NCBI GenBank assembly: GCA_950097015.1
Contig: CATNEN010000038.1
Span: 21,824,001 to 21,888,000 of the forward strand
Direction: 5' to 3'
Source of the DNA: Macrostomum hystrix
Taxonomy: Eukaryota; Animalia; Platyhelminthes
DNA length: 64,000 nucleotides
In this document: piece after piece, positions 38,780-50,800 of the stretch
Layout: every line of letters begins with the position of its first letter
How positions within the stretch are numbered: the first letter of the stretch is position 1
Notes under the pieces: model-generated
Told to the model about the DNA's origin: nothing
The model's input: the letters and a program-made list of their open reading frames with translations, nothing else
Database searches by the model: none
Translations under genes and position numbers: made by a program

Positions 38780-40790
38780 TGCTCTGGATTTTATGTGTCC
38801 AATCGGCGCTCGCTGATTGGGTGTAAACACCCACCCCAGGCACCCACCCCAGGCACCCACCCCTCCGCTTTTAGCTGGGTTGTATTTCAGCCGGCACCCC
38901 CGTGCTGCCCAGCCTTGTCTCTTCGCGCTGCGTGGTGTGAAATTTTTTCTACTGCAATGGCTGAGCTTCCAATTGACCGGCTTACGGCTCGCCAGTTAAG
39001 AGACCGCCTGATTCAACTTGGCCTGCCTAGCAGCGGTCGCAAGCGTGAACTGCAAGTCAGACTGGAACAATCCAGTTTAGTCAGCCGAACCACACGCCGC
39101 GTGCAGCAAAGGTCAACCGCTTCGGCCCAAGTCGAGGACGACGGCAGCACCTGCAGCGAAGAGGACGGCGAGGCGAACCCGGACCAGGCGAGTGATCTGG
39201 GAGGCGGCGACGACCTGGACCAGAGGATCGCCAGACAAGAGAAGCTGCTCCGCCTGAGAACGCTTCAGCGCCAAACAGCGGAGATTGAAGCCGAGCTTGG
39301 AAAGGACGGCCAGCGCAGACAGAGTGGTAAGTCGACTAGCCCGATGCTGCTTAACCAAACCCTCAGTGCCCACGAGCCGGAGCAGCATCTGCCAGTGCCA
39401 GACTGGGAACTCCCCGGCAGCTACACTAAGCCAGCTGCCACCTCGAGGCCTCTGCTGGTGAGAGACTTCATCGATCGTGACTTCGAGGAGCCTGCGCCCC
39501 AATTAGCGAAGACTAGAGCCCGAACTGAGAACATCACGGCCGGTCAGTGGGTTGCAGGCAGCGGCCGCATCCTGCTGAGACTGCTTGACGACGGTGCCCT
39601 AGTCACAATGAGAAACGGCACCATGGATTTGAGTGAGCTGAAAGCCTATGTGCGGTACTGCGTACAGTTCGGCGAGTTCATGCATCAGGGCTTCAGCCAG
39701 GCCGCCCTCAACGACTACGACGAAGACTTCAGGATCCTGCAGCACCAGACCAGCGGCAGCTGGGAGCGGGAGTCGTTGCAGCTGCTGTCCAAGCACATTC
39801 TGGCACCTAAACCCAATCCTGCTGGCAGTTCGACCTATTCGCGGCCTGGCTTCAAGTTCAGCAAAATGAGAAACCAGACAAGCGGCTTGGTCGGCCCAAC
39901 CGACGCTGAAGGTCGGGAGCTGTGCGTCAAATTCAACCGAAACAGCTGCCACAGACGCGACTGCAAGTTCAGACACGCGTGCTCTGCCTGCTACGCGGCG
40001 CACCCGCGCCAGCTCTGCACGTCAAAAAACTAGATTGCGGCCGGCCGGGGGACTTGACCGACGGCCCAGCTGCACCGGCCGATTCTGACAATGTCGATCA
40101 CCCGCTCCCCCCTGGCCGGCCTCAAGCTAAGCCCATCGAGTCCGTTGCCTTCTCTTCTGACCTTATCACCGCCGCCTGGGATGCCGAGCTGCTCGGCGAT
40201 CCCGATCGTGACTTCCTGCTGAACGGTGTCCGCAACGGCTTCCGCCTCACCTGCCCCAGCGCCCCTGACAATCAGCCTAATAGCACTTTCTCTCAGAACT
40301 ACTTCTCCGCTGACAGTAATCGGCTACTGGTCGAGCAGCAGGTGCGGGAAGAAGTGGCCAACGGCCGTTACGTGAAAGTTAGCAACAAGCCGGACGTCAT
40401 CAGCGCCCTTGGTGCCATCCCGAAAGGAAACAACAAGATCCGGCTGATCCACGACTGCTCGCAACCTCCGGACCTCTCGCTGAACAGCCGTTTCTCCTCT
40501 GACTACCAGATCAAGTTTGAGACCGTCAGCCAGTTCACTGCCAAGCTGCAGCCAGGTTGGTTCATGGCGAAGGTCGACTTGGCCAATGCTTACCGCAGTG
40601 TCGAAATCAGTCCCCACGACTTCCGCTACACTGGTCTACAGTGGAAGTTCAGCGATCAACCGAGCCCGACGTACCTGTGCGACACGCGCCTGCCATTCGG
40701 CGCGGCAGCTTCAGTGGAAGTCTTCCACCGCCTCAGCCAGTCCATCAAGCGCATGATGCAGCGACGCGGCTTCATCTTTTACACCCTTAT
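38780..40790 (+). mobile_element. 3'-truncated DIRS/Ngaro-like retrotransposon (gag and partial RT)
   Basis: ORF2 (-1 frame, about 40030-40780) has RT motifs 'SALGAIPK', 'RLIHDCS', 'KVDLANAYR', 'RLPFG'; it stops before YxDD, with no RNase H or YR. Confidence 0.85.
38957..40033 (+). CDS. Gag-like ORF1 of a tyrosine-recombinase (DIRS/Ngaro-type) retrotransposon
   Basis: N-terminal SAP-like motif 'LTARQLRDRLIQLGLPSSGRKRELQVRL', 'YDEDFR', C-terminal 'CVKFNRNSCHRRDCKFRHACSACYAAH' zinc motif. Confidence 0.75.
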   Translation: MAELPIDRLTARQLRDRLIQLGLPSSGRKRELQVRLEQSSLVSRTTRRVQQRSTASAQVEDDGSTCSEEDGEANPDQASDLGGGDDLDQRIARQEKLLRLRTLQRQTAEIEAELGKDGQRRQSGKSTSPMLLNQTLSAHEPEQHLPVPDWELPGSYTKPAATSRPLLVRDFIDRDFEEPAPQLAKTRARTENITAGQWVAGSGRILLRLLDDGALVTMRNGTMDLSELKAYVRYCVQFGEFMHQGFSQAALNDYDEDFRILQHQTSGSWERESLQLLSKHILAPKPNPAGSSTYSRPGFKFSKMRNQTSGLVGPTDAEGRELCVKFNRNSCHRRDCKFRHACSACYAAHPRQLCTSKN

Positions 40791-41842
40791 TTTCAACACC
40801 CTCATTTTTAACACCCGTAGGCGGTAGCCCGTAGCCGACTGTTGTCAGTGAACTGCACGATTTTTATCTGAGTGAAAGTTGTGCTATGGATGATTAGCTG
40901 TTAGTGTCTAGAGTTCAATAAAAATATGAGTATAAAAAGTGTACACTTCTAAGAAATTAAAGATTTGTTCTCGAACCTTATGCGATGCATAGACGTCACT
41001 TTTTCTTGACTCATTAAGCTTCGATTAAGCGCGTGACTGAAAGCACTATTCATGTTTCATATAATTATAATATTCCCTTTTACAACGTGTGCAATTTAAG
41101 CTACCGAAATTGTAGATTTTAGCTATACTTGGAAATCTTTTGATTTGAACAATGCATATAGCAAATGAAAAAAACCGCATGTTAACTAGTAACGAGAATT
41201 AATATATATAATCAATCGAACCACACTTGTGGTTTTATTCAGTCGGCTGATATTCGCATAGCCATCTGTTGATACCAAATAGGCTCGATAAGTTTTAGTT
41301 TGGGTTTAAGAATCTGGGTACTATAATAACATTTTTGACAGAACTGTAAACAATTTGAAAAAGGGAATGAAACAGGTGGGGAGTTTCATAATCTTACAGG
41401 AGACCGGAATAATAATTGTTTAGGTAAGAGCTCTTCGTTGGCTTAGATAAGCGGTTGCACATATCAAACCCGTACAAAGGGTTAAAACCATTTGAATTTA
41501 GTAATATCGTAAACAAATTTATTCATTAATTAATTTAGATCTAAATTGCAAGATTGACACAATTGTCTAATGCCAATCATCGCAAATATTTAAATACTGA
41601 TCAACAGAAGTTACAGAACACGTACTTTCGCTGAGCTATTCCTAATTTTTTTCCCTAGTTTGTTAACAATTGTGGTCACCGATTCGTGAATCGTGACCCT
41701 AGCTGTCTATGAAAGTCAACGCTAAGCAAGGTGCTGTGTGCCATGTGCCACACAGCATCGATTTATAAGTGCCAGGTAAATTTTAGTTACGCTCTTATAT
41801 AGAGTAGAGCAAAATCACGCTAAAGTTTGAAACATTTACTGA

Positions 41843-44800
41843 TTACTGAGCGGCGGCAACTTCAACAAGTCCTTCAACTGGAGCGCTGGATCTGATGACC
41901 AGAACAATGCCTACGATGACAACAGCGGCCACGACAACGGCGCCGACAACGGACAACGAGATTATTAGCGCTGTGTTGGCTGAAACATTGAAATAGTTCA
42001 GTTGCGTTTCTTGCTTCATTATTGAAAACAATTTTTAAGTCAATCTAAACTGATTAGACCATTGACCATGGATTAGGAGACTGACTCACTGGAATCTGCA
42101 CTACTGGCTACAGTGCTGGCGGCGTCGCTCACAGTCAGGACCTGCACGCAGGCCCCGTTCAGCGCGATCTTGTTCATGGGACAGGCGCAAGTGTAGCTAC
42201 CGACTGTGTTCACACAGATGTTGTCACCACCGCACGGGTTGGTGCTAGAGACCGTGCACTCATTGATGTCCTATACAAAAAGATTTTGAAGGCATTAGAC
42301 AGGCTTTTTAATGAGGAAAAAATAGCCGTTTCATTTTCGATGCAGCTAGTTTAGTTCGGTTATCTTATGATGTCGGTATTCTTTACAACAGCCTCATCGC
42401 AAAAATGCCTCAATCAGATCAAACCGGAGATCTTGAGTAAAACACTATTTACGGCAAAGCTCAATGAGAGAATTTCCCCTACTAAGCAACTTCGTCCTAA
42501 TGCAACTAACATCCCCAAGAGTCTCATGCAGCTCCCTTTTATGCAAAAAATGCTCACGAGTCAAGAAACTTTTACCCAGTTCGCAGACAAATTAACAGTC
42601 TGCGAACAGTCTGAAAGTCTGAAAATTAACGTCTCAAGCTCGTGTATAGTTTATGGCCCAAAGGCCATCAAAGAAATAGATTGAAGTGTGCAGTAAATTC
42701 CGCAACTGTGCGGTAAATCTTGCCCCACTTGATCTCCGTGCCATCCCTCTTCTGAGCTACTATGCAGTAAATCCCAGACGGGTATTGTCTATGGGCCGAA
42801 GGAGCTGGTCTTGCGCACACACACTTGGTCATAAATCAATGCACTTATGCTAGGCTTCCTAGTGCGTAAATAGTCTATGGGACGAGTGCGCTGCGCGCAC
42901 TCGTGCCAAGACTATTTACGCACTCGGAAGCCTAGCATAAATCTACCATTTAACCCAAACAGGATGTTTAAAAACTATTTAAAGCGTGGTCCATAGTCCT
43001 CTTTAAGGGAGTTGTATCTTTGCGGTTAGAGCGTCGGACTCACGACTTAAAGGTTTCAATTCCCGACTCAACTGGAACCATTTGTGCCCTTTAGCAGGAC
43101 ACTTAACTCTGCCTTTGCACACTTTTCAGAGTCCTCTAAATTTTAGAGAAATAAGTAGGTAATGGAAATAGAATTTAAAAAAAGTTAAAAACTACATATC
43201 AAAAGAATCGCGTCAATAGTCAAATAAAAGAAATCGAAGCTCGAAGGCTCTCAGTGACAAACCTGACACTCGTAGAGCGCATTCAGTGCGAAGCCCGACA
43301 GCGGACAGGTGCAAGTGTAGGACCCGTTGGTGTTCACGCAGGTCTGGTTCTGGTCGCTGCGGCATCGATTATCGCCAGTCAGGCACTCGTTGATGTCCTC
43401 GCAGCGGCTGGAGTTGCTGGGCGACACGCGGAATCCGGGCGTGGTGCAGTTGCAGCGGTAGCCGGGGGCCAGGTTGGTGCACTCTTCCTGGCAGATACCG
43501 GGGGTTTCCAGGCACTCGTTGGTGTCTGAGCACGCAGATTGTGGAGGATGGAAAACGTCACGTTAACTATTGAATACAGCCAGTGAATGCGGAAGGGGGG
43601 TAAAAACGGTTTGCGCTCACCCTGGCACACCTGTCCATCCCCCACCATGCCGGAGGGGCAGCTGTCGCAATAGTAACTGCCGTTGGTGTACATGTGGCAC
43701 ATTGTGGCGTTGTAGCAGGGATTCGGTTGAGCAGAACAGGGCGACACCTCACAACGATCGCCTTGGTAGCCTCTCGGACAGCTGCACTGGGCTCGATAGA
43801 AATTCTCTGAAAACATTGATCGCAGTTTTTGGACTTCATAATAAAGCATAAAATGTTTATTTTTAAGTGCTGCGACGCCACGTGCTGTTGCAGAAAAGTA
43901 AAGTAAATAAAAAGACTTGATTGTTTGAAACATAATACGTTTGTTTGTTTGAAACATGTTTGAAACATAACATAAACTTTGAAATCTTGAAAAGTGAAAT
44001 ACATTCAAATCGTAAGCCAGAAAAGCTTTTTATGCTAGTTTGACGCTATTAATCGAAATGATTGCTTCATAATAAAGTTGGCAAATGGTAAAATTTACAG
44101 AAATCATGTACATAGCAATATTTATTTATTTTCTCATACCGCCTGCAGAGGACGCCCCTGATGTGTAGTTAAAGTTGTAAGTGGCGTTATTCAAACAGTT
44201 TACGTAGAAAATAACAGGTGTCCAGGTTGTGGGCGCGCCGACCGAGTCTGTCGCCACAATAGTCAAGTTAAATGTGCTCAGCGTTGCGGGAACTTGCCAC
44301 AACAGCACATTGCCGACGAGCCACACAGATGTGTCGTTGCTGGGCTGCTGGATGGCCAGGGTGATCGGATTTCCGTCTCTGTCCGTCACATTGATGCTCA
44401 GGTTGAAGGTCATGTAAGCGAACACTGTGATGCTCGCCGGCATGCTGAACTCAGGGGCCGTGTTCGACGCCACTGCTTTGGCTGACACCTCCTGGCTGAC
44501 GGCAAGAGACGCCTCCTGAGCTGCGTCAAGAGACTGCAGCTGAGCAGCGTCGTACATGCAGCTCAGGTAGATTGACTGCACAGTGTTCCAGCAGGTCTGC
44601 GCAAGGTTGTGAGGATTTGGGAGTAATTTTAATTGTTTGTGAATGACATAATGACAAAATATGACATTATATCTGTGCGTCAAGTGTTCTAATTGGAACT
44701 AATAAAAGTGGAAGCTCACCTTGTTGGCAGCACTCATGAGATCTGAGTTGTTGTGAAACAGAACCAGAAGGTTGTCTTTGTAGTCCTCGACGAACACCGG

Positions 44801-47800
44801 AACGAAGGACATGTTGCAGTAGTTGGCCCGAGTCTGGCCTGAAGGGTACGGGAAGTGGCTCGCATCAGTAGACAGAAGAGCCCAGCTCTGACCGAATTCA
44901 AACAGCTGGCGCTCTGAGCTGTTTCCTGGCAGAAGGGTGCCGTTGCGAAGCTTGAAGTCGTCTGTGCTGTTGCCGTTAAAGTTGCCCATCAGTCCTTCAA
45001 TGCCGTTCGCGTGGCGCTGTTGGTTGAGCTGCACAGTAGTCTGCAGCAAGCTGAGCACTCTGGTGACGGTCAGCGAGAAGCCCGTGTCCGACTCGCTGAT
45101 GGTGATGCTCTTGTTGTCGCTGGACTTCAGGCTGTAACGCTCAATGGTCGTTGCGTTCTCCAGACCAGAAAAGTACGTGAGTACGCTGCCGAGCAGCTCA
45201 TTGTCCTTGTACACGTCCAGGTCGTTGGTGCTGGCGTTAAGAAGCACAGCGATTGAGCAGTTGTTGGATCCCGCCTTAAGTGCAAAGCCGGTAAACACAG
45301 TCGCCGATGCGGTGACATTCGGGTTGACAGACTTTGCCAGACCCGTGCGAGCCTGAAACTCCAGCATGGGAGCGCTCAGAGAGCTGTTTCTCAGCATGAA
45401 GTACTCGCACAGGCCGTTGAAAGAATAAGTGGTTCCGTCGATGGTGCTGATGTGAGGGTCACCGCGATTGAAACCTGTTAATTCCAATGCATTAGTTTTT
45501 TATCTTTTTTACACTTTTATCATATATTTTCATAGTCTATAAAACTGCTAGATCTTGCGACACAGTCATATATTTGAGTTCTTTACTACTAGAGGTTGTA
45601 GCCTAGTGGTTAGGGCGTCGGACAAACGACTTGAAGGTCGGGGGTTCGATTCCCGACTCCACTGAAACAATTGTGTCCTTTAGCAAGACACTTAACTCTG
45701 CATTGCTTCAGTTCACCCAGCTGTTTAATGGGTACCAGCATCAGCTGTGATAATTGAAGGTGGGTGTGGCGTCTCCCCAGTCCATGGACTGAACAGCTGT
45801 ACGCAGCCTTCAGATGCGCCGCGCAATAGTTGCGGCTGTGCTGTCGGCTGCACATCTGGCCCGATTGGGGCAGGTGTAATCAATTATTATTAATTATTAT
45901 TACTACGAGTACAAAACAAGTTGCATGAAAATGGATCAACTCACCCCACGCTGGTTCCGTGTAGTCTTTGCTGTTGCACCTTGGCCGTAGTTTTTTGTAT
46001 GCTGAAATCATCTTGCCGGCTGTGCAAACCTCGTAGCCGTAGGTCTCGTTTCGAAGCTGTTCGTCGTATCTGATCCAATACCAGTAGTTCACATTGGTCC
46101 GTTCGAGAATCATGCTATGACCGGCTCCTTGAACTGTACTTTGAATCAGAAAACCACCTAAAGTAGTGGATTGAAAGAAAAAAAGCGATAAAAGTTGGTA
46201 CGGTTTGTACGAGCTTAGCAGGATTGTAGGAATAAAGGACAGCCAAAAGTCACCCTCTCACTTTGTCTTCTTTCGAACATGATGTTTCGCATGAGCCACC
46301 GCATGGTCCACACGGAGTAGCCGGCGTTGCAGTAGTCCACCAGCTGACCGTCTTTCTTCCAGTTCACATTCAGCTTGTAACAGCATCTCGGTGCGGCATA
46401 GAACTGACAGCGCATGTACAGGTTGCAGTACCAGCTCCACCAGGGATACGGACAAGCGGGAGCTGATGCAAAGTCCTGCACGCACTCATAGCTGCCCTGG
46501 AAACACATTTTGAGCTCGTAGGTGCCCTTGGAGTTCTCGTTCTTTTTGTCGCACGTGTACTCGTACGGCCAGTAGCGCCAGTCCAGTACGGCTTGTCGCA
46601 TGTCTCTCGGACAGGTGCGGCAGCTCAGCTGTGCTGTGAGCGGTCTGGTGCGTTCGTTCTCGATCCAGTTTCGACATTTCATCTTGTTGCTAGGAGGAAT
46701 AGCGTTGGCCATCACCAGGACGTGACGACCGCGCTTGCCGACATTGCCCATGACCATATTGTCGGTGATGTAGCTGCTGCGCCACCAGTAGTAGCTGAAG
46801 GGCAGTGTGGAGAACTTCTGGTAGCCGTCGGTGAAGCCTGCCGCGACGTAGTAGTAGTACCAGCGCCACTCGCTGAGCTCGAACTGGCCGTAGTTGAAGA
46901 TGACGAACGAGTGCGTCTCGTTTCTCGTGACGATCGCTTGGAAGCTGATGTACTGTCATTTTGCATCAGGAGATAAACGAGAATCATGAGTTGTGATAAT
47001 CCGAGTCGGATTTTTTACAGCACCTTGAAAGCTCTTAAATTGTTAAGCTCTGAATCAACGCACAGATTAACTTAATCGCCAATTTTTTCCGTTAAATAGG
47101 GCCGTATTCCATCATGTGATAAACCAAAGAAGAAAATAATTGAAATAAGTTTACCTCCTTCCTAGAGTCGCAGTACCGACAATAGTAGCTCGCCCAACTA
47201 TATCCCATCTGTCTGTAGTAGTAGTTGCAGTAGTAGCAATACCAATCATAGAAGTTGTAGGGCTGCATCTTGTGCCAGGTGACGATGAGAGCATTCAGCG
47301 GCTTGTAAGTAGCACCTCCGCCGTAGCCTGTGATGATCTCCACGATCTTCTTCCAGTTGACCGTGTTGCTGTGTTGGGAGCTGTCCAGAAGCTCGTAGTA
47401 CACAGCCGAGTCGTTGTAGGCGAACGAGTACCTGTAAGACCAGTAAGGGAACACCATCGGCTTCACCAGGTAGGTGTACCAGGTGGGCCAGTCCAGCTGG
47501 TAGGGCGGGTCGGTGAATGACAGGTAGCCATCTTTGGAGATCTGCAATGCATGATAGCTTTTGATTTTAGTGTCGCAATGTACGAGAATATCTGTAAAGC
47601 CTTTCCGCTATTTTGAAGCTCACAAAATGCATTGAGGCGCACGGTAAGAACATTTATAAACCAACAGGGACCCGCTACAATACCTTGCAAACGGTGCTCT
47701 CTCTATCGCCAATGATAAATGGCACTTCAGTCTCAATAGTTGCGAAGCTGATTGTGTAGTAGTTAAAATCACTTGCTGTCAGCTTCGTGCCGTTGTCAGT

Positions 47801-50800
47801 TGACAATGTCATCAGCTCTGTAAAACAAATTTAGATTTCACTGATCATCCTAAATGGAGACGTTTTTTAATTGTTTTAAACAGGATTGTATGTAACATTT
47901 TCTGAATAGACACGAAAGTCAAGGTGCAGCGTGTTCTTCGAACTAGTTATTATCGAAGATAATAATACTAGTTACTATCTTAGTATTCAAAGTAAAAATA
48001 CTATCTTAGTAGTTCGAGTTTTTCATGTGCTCACCGTTGCATGTGTACCCGTCGCCATAGTAACCGGAGCGACACGCGCAGGAAAAGGAACCCGGAGTGT
48101 TGGTGCAGATCGCGTTCACGTTGCAAGGCGAGTTGCTGCACTCATTAATGTCTATGGGAATGGGAGCAGATAATGTGGCATCTGATTATCTGTAGTAAAA
48201 ATCTTCAAATATGGCAAATCAAACCGACCCGTGTTGCAGGTAGCACCGGTCCATCCAGTGGGGCAGACACATTGGAAAGCATTCAATCTATCAATGCAGC
48301 TGCCTCTAACGCAAGGGCTTGTAGCGCACTCGTTTATATCTGCAGTTTAATCATGAAAGAGCATCATTAACGTAGATTTCTTTGTTTCTGCACGAATTGT
48401 GTATTAATATATTCAGAATAATCAAATACCAGCTAACCTGTCTCGCAAATCGAACCCGTGAAACCTGGTTGGCATGAGCACTCAAAGTAAGTGGCTGTAG
48501 CTTTACAGTTACCATCGTTTTTGCAGGGCGCGGTACTGCAAAGCTGTGAGACGTCCACAATAACTGCTCCACTACTTGTTGTAGCAAGCACTAGTGACTG
48601 CATTGTTGTAGTCACGACTGCATTAATAACTGTCGTCTGTACCCCGGTGGAAGTAGCAGCAGTAGCTGCAGAAGTGCCGCTAGTTGCGGCAGTCGTGGTG
48701 CTTGTTCCCGCTGTTGATGATGTCGTGCTGGATGCCAAAGTCGAACTATCAGTCGCTGCAGAAGTTGCAGCAGCAGCTGTTGACCCGTTTGCAGACGTAC
48801 TGGAAGATGCTGCAGCTGCAGTTGTCTCAGCTCCAGGTCCACTAGAACTCGTGGTCTCCGTCAAATCCTTTGTTGTAGTCACCGTCGGTGACATGGTTGC
48901 TGAATTTGTTGTTCCAACGATTGAACCTGTCGTGGCTTGTGTAGTCTCGAGCGGAGAATTTGTCGGTGCATCTGTTGTCTCCACGGCTGAATTCATCCGT
49001 GTCGTTGTACTCGTTGTTTCCATTCTCGTTGCTGTCGATGTTAGTCCATCTGCCGTCGCCAAAGCGGCTGTCGAAGAAGGTGAATCTGTCGTTGTTATGC
49101 TTGTTCTAGACAGACCGTCTGTTGTTTCCATAGTTACAGCGGTCGGTGACGTAGATGGCGAAGTCAACATTGATGCAAGTGTCGTCTCCGCGGTTAAAGC
49201 GGGCGTTGTCGATAAATCAGTCGTATCACTAATTAGAGCAGTAGGGGTTGATGGGTCCATTGTTGTCGAAGCTTCCTTTGTTGTCAGAGTTTCTGATGGC
49301 GTAGAAGTTTCCCTTGGTGTCGAAGTTTCTCTTGGTGTCAAAGTTTCCGTTGGTGTCGTTGTCGCTGTTGGTGTCGGTGTCTCTGTTGATGTCGGAGTTT
49401 GCATTGGTGTCGATGTCTCCATTGGTGTCTCTGTTGGTGTCGGTGTCTCTGTTGATGTCGGAGTTTGCATTGGTGTCGATGTCTCCATTGGTGTCTCTGT
49501 TGGTGTCGGTGTCTCTGTTGATTTCGGAGTTTGCATTGGTGTCGATGTCTCCATTGGTGTCTCTGTTGGTGTCGTTGTCTCCGTTGGTGGTGGCGTCACC
49601 CTTGATGTCTCTGTTGGTGTCGAAGTCTCCGTTGATGTCGGTGTCTCCGTTGGAGTCGGTGTCTCCGTTGGAGTCAGAGTTTCCGTTGGAGTCGGTGTCT
49701 CCGTTGGTATCCCAGTCGATGTCGGAGTTTCTGTTGGTGTCGGTGTCTCTGTTTGTGTCGATGTCTCCGTTGGTGTCGGCGTCTCCGTCGGCGTCTCCGT
49801 TGGTGTCGGAGTTTCCGTTGGTGTCGGAGTTTCCGTTGGTGTCGGTGTCTCTGTCGGCGTCTCTGTTGCAGTCGGTGTCTCTGTCGGTGTCGGTGTCTCA
49901 GTCGGTGTCGGAGTTTCCGTTGGTGTCGGTGTCTCTGTTGGTGTTTGTGTCTGTGTTGGTGTCGGTGTCTCAGTCGGTGTCGGTGTCTCTGTTGGTGTCG
50001 GTGTCTCTGTCGGTGTCTCTGTTGGTGTCGGTGTCTCTGTCGGTGTCTCTGTTGGTGTTGGTGTCTCTGTCGGTGTCTCTGTTGGTGTTGGTGTCTCTGT
50101 CGGTGTCTCTGTTGGTGTTGGTGTCTCTGTCGGTGTCTCTGTTGGTGTCGGTGTCTCTGTAGGCGTCTCTGTTGGTGTCGGTGTCTCAGTCGGTGTCGGT
50201 GTCTCTGTCGGTGTCTCAGTCGGTGTCGGTGTCTCTGTTGGTGTCGGTGTCTCAGTTGGTGTCGGCGTCTCTGTTGGTGTCGGTGTCTCTGTAGGCGTCT
50301 CTGTTGGTGTCGGTGTCTCAGTCGGTGTCGGTGTCTCTGTTGGTGTCGGTGTCTCTGTTGGTGTCGGTGTCTCAGTCGGTGTCTCTGTTGGTGTCGGTGT
50401 CTCTGTCGGCGTCTCTGTTGGTGTCGGTGTCTCAGTCGGTGTCTCTGTTGGTGTCGGTGTCTCAGTTGGTGTCTCTGTTGGTGTTGGTGTCTCAGTCGGT
50501 GTCTCTGTCGGTGTCGGTGTCTCTGTTGGTGTCGGTGTCTCTGTTGGTGTCGGTGTCTCAGTCGGTGTCTCTGTTGGTGTCGGTGTCTCTGTCGGCGTCT
50601 CTGTTGGTGTCGGTGTCTCAGTCGGTGTCTCTGTTGGTGTCGGTGTCTCAGTTGGTGTCGGCGTCTCTGTTGGTGTCGGTGTCTCTGTAGGCGTCTCTGT
50701 TGGTGTCGGTGTCTCAGTCGGTGTCGGTGTCTCTGTTGGTGTCGGTGTCTCTGTCGGTGTCTCTGTTGGTGTCGGTGTCTCTGTCGGTGTCTCTGTTGGT

